A stretch of 63,252 nucleotides of DNA, the filler included, from Chiloscyllium plagiosum (Eukaryota): the NCBI RefSeq assembly GCF_004010195.1. It is 4 parts of one record of this genome, joined end to end, with 100 filler letters (N's around TTAATTAATTAA, not from the genome) between each part and the next. Parts side by side here need not be neighbours in the genome. Positions count along the whole stretch, not along the records: positions 57,994 to 63,252 come from NC_057710.1; 3 more parts are not named here. The stretch is one strand, 5' to 3'. Positions 62,872 through 63,252 of the stretch are shown here, one piece after another (within the stretch, counting starts at the first letter, position 1; every line of letters begins with the position of its first letter). Position numbers and translations under genes: made by a program. The notes beneath the pieces were generated by a model, which saw only the letters and a program-made list of their open reading frames with translations, was not told where the DNA came from and did no database searches.

Positions 62872-63252
62872 AGCTGGGAGGCTCATGGGTTGTCCTGAAA
62901 GCTGTCACCCTGAGAGCCGGAGGGTGGGTAGGCTATGCTGTGAATCTGAAGGTTGGTAGGCCACCCTGATGCCAGTCACCCCGAGAGCTAGATGGTGGGT
63001 AGGCTGTTCTGAGCACTGTCGTCCCGATAAGGGGTAATCGGGACGGGCTGTCCTAGAGGTGGTCGAAAGGTGTCAGAGCAGCCGAGAGCCAGAAGGCACG
63101 TAGGGGTGGGCTGAGATCCGGAAGGCTTGTGGGCTACCCTACACGCTGTCGTCCCAGGGAAGGGGACGGGCTGTCCTAGAGGTGGCCGAAAGGTGTGCCA
63201 GGATAGCCCACTGGTCGGAGGTGCAACGGGGTGGGTGAGAGCCCAATGGTAC
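62872..63252. repeat. GC-rich internally repeated, hairpin-forming sequence (runs off window)
   Basis: Unit ctgtcgtccc...gggacgggctgtcctagaggtggYcgaaaggtgt at 63016-63073 and 63146-63196; gtcaccc.gagagc...gtgggtaggct occurs twice. Confidence 0.6.

Overview
Repeat-rich vertebrate genomic DNA, most likely a shark or other cartilaginous fish (inferred from HE1/V-SINE-like SINEs and the CR1/Penelope repertoire). The only host gene recognised is the 3' end of PIK3C3 (Vps34, class III PI3K) on the minus strand: coding exons at 53840-53930, 41958-42083 and 41452-41466, with a 3' UTR and polyA signal at about 40841. Positions 1 to ~40800 are downstream intergenic DNA. The rest of the window is nested mobile DNA: CR1 LINEs (two young), Penelope-like elements (PLEs), Gypsy relics, Rex1-like and RTE LINE fragments, tRNA-derived SINEs and TA-flanked Tigger/pogo-like MITEs. 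The most notable observations are: (i) many short, hairpin-shaped PLE-derived insertions with 11-16 bp target-site duplications carrying minimal hammerhead ribozyme cores, two of which lie on the PIK3C3 pre-mRNA strand in one intron; (ii) a ~1 kb stop-depleted decayed reading frame of unknown origin at 61693-62688; (iii) a GC-rich multi-hairpin, GNRA-loop repeat at the window end; (iv) a phase-compatible cryptic PIK3C3 exon candidate. Mobile-element boundaries without a stated TSD are approximate. The assembly has N gaps and artificial TTAATTAATTAA spacers.
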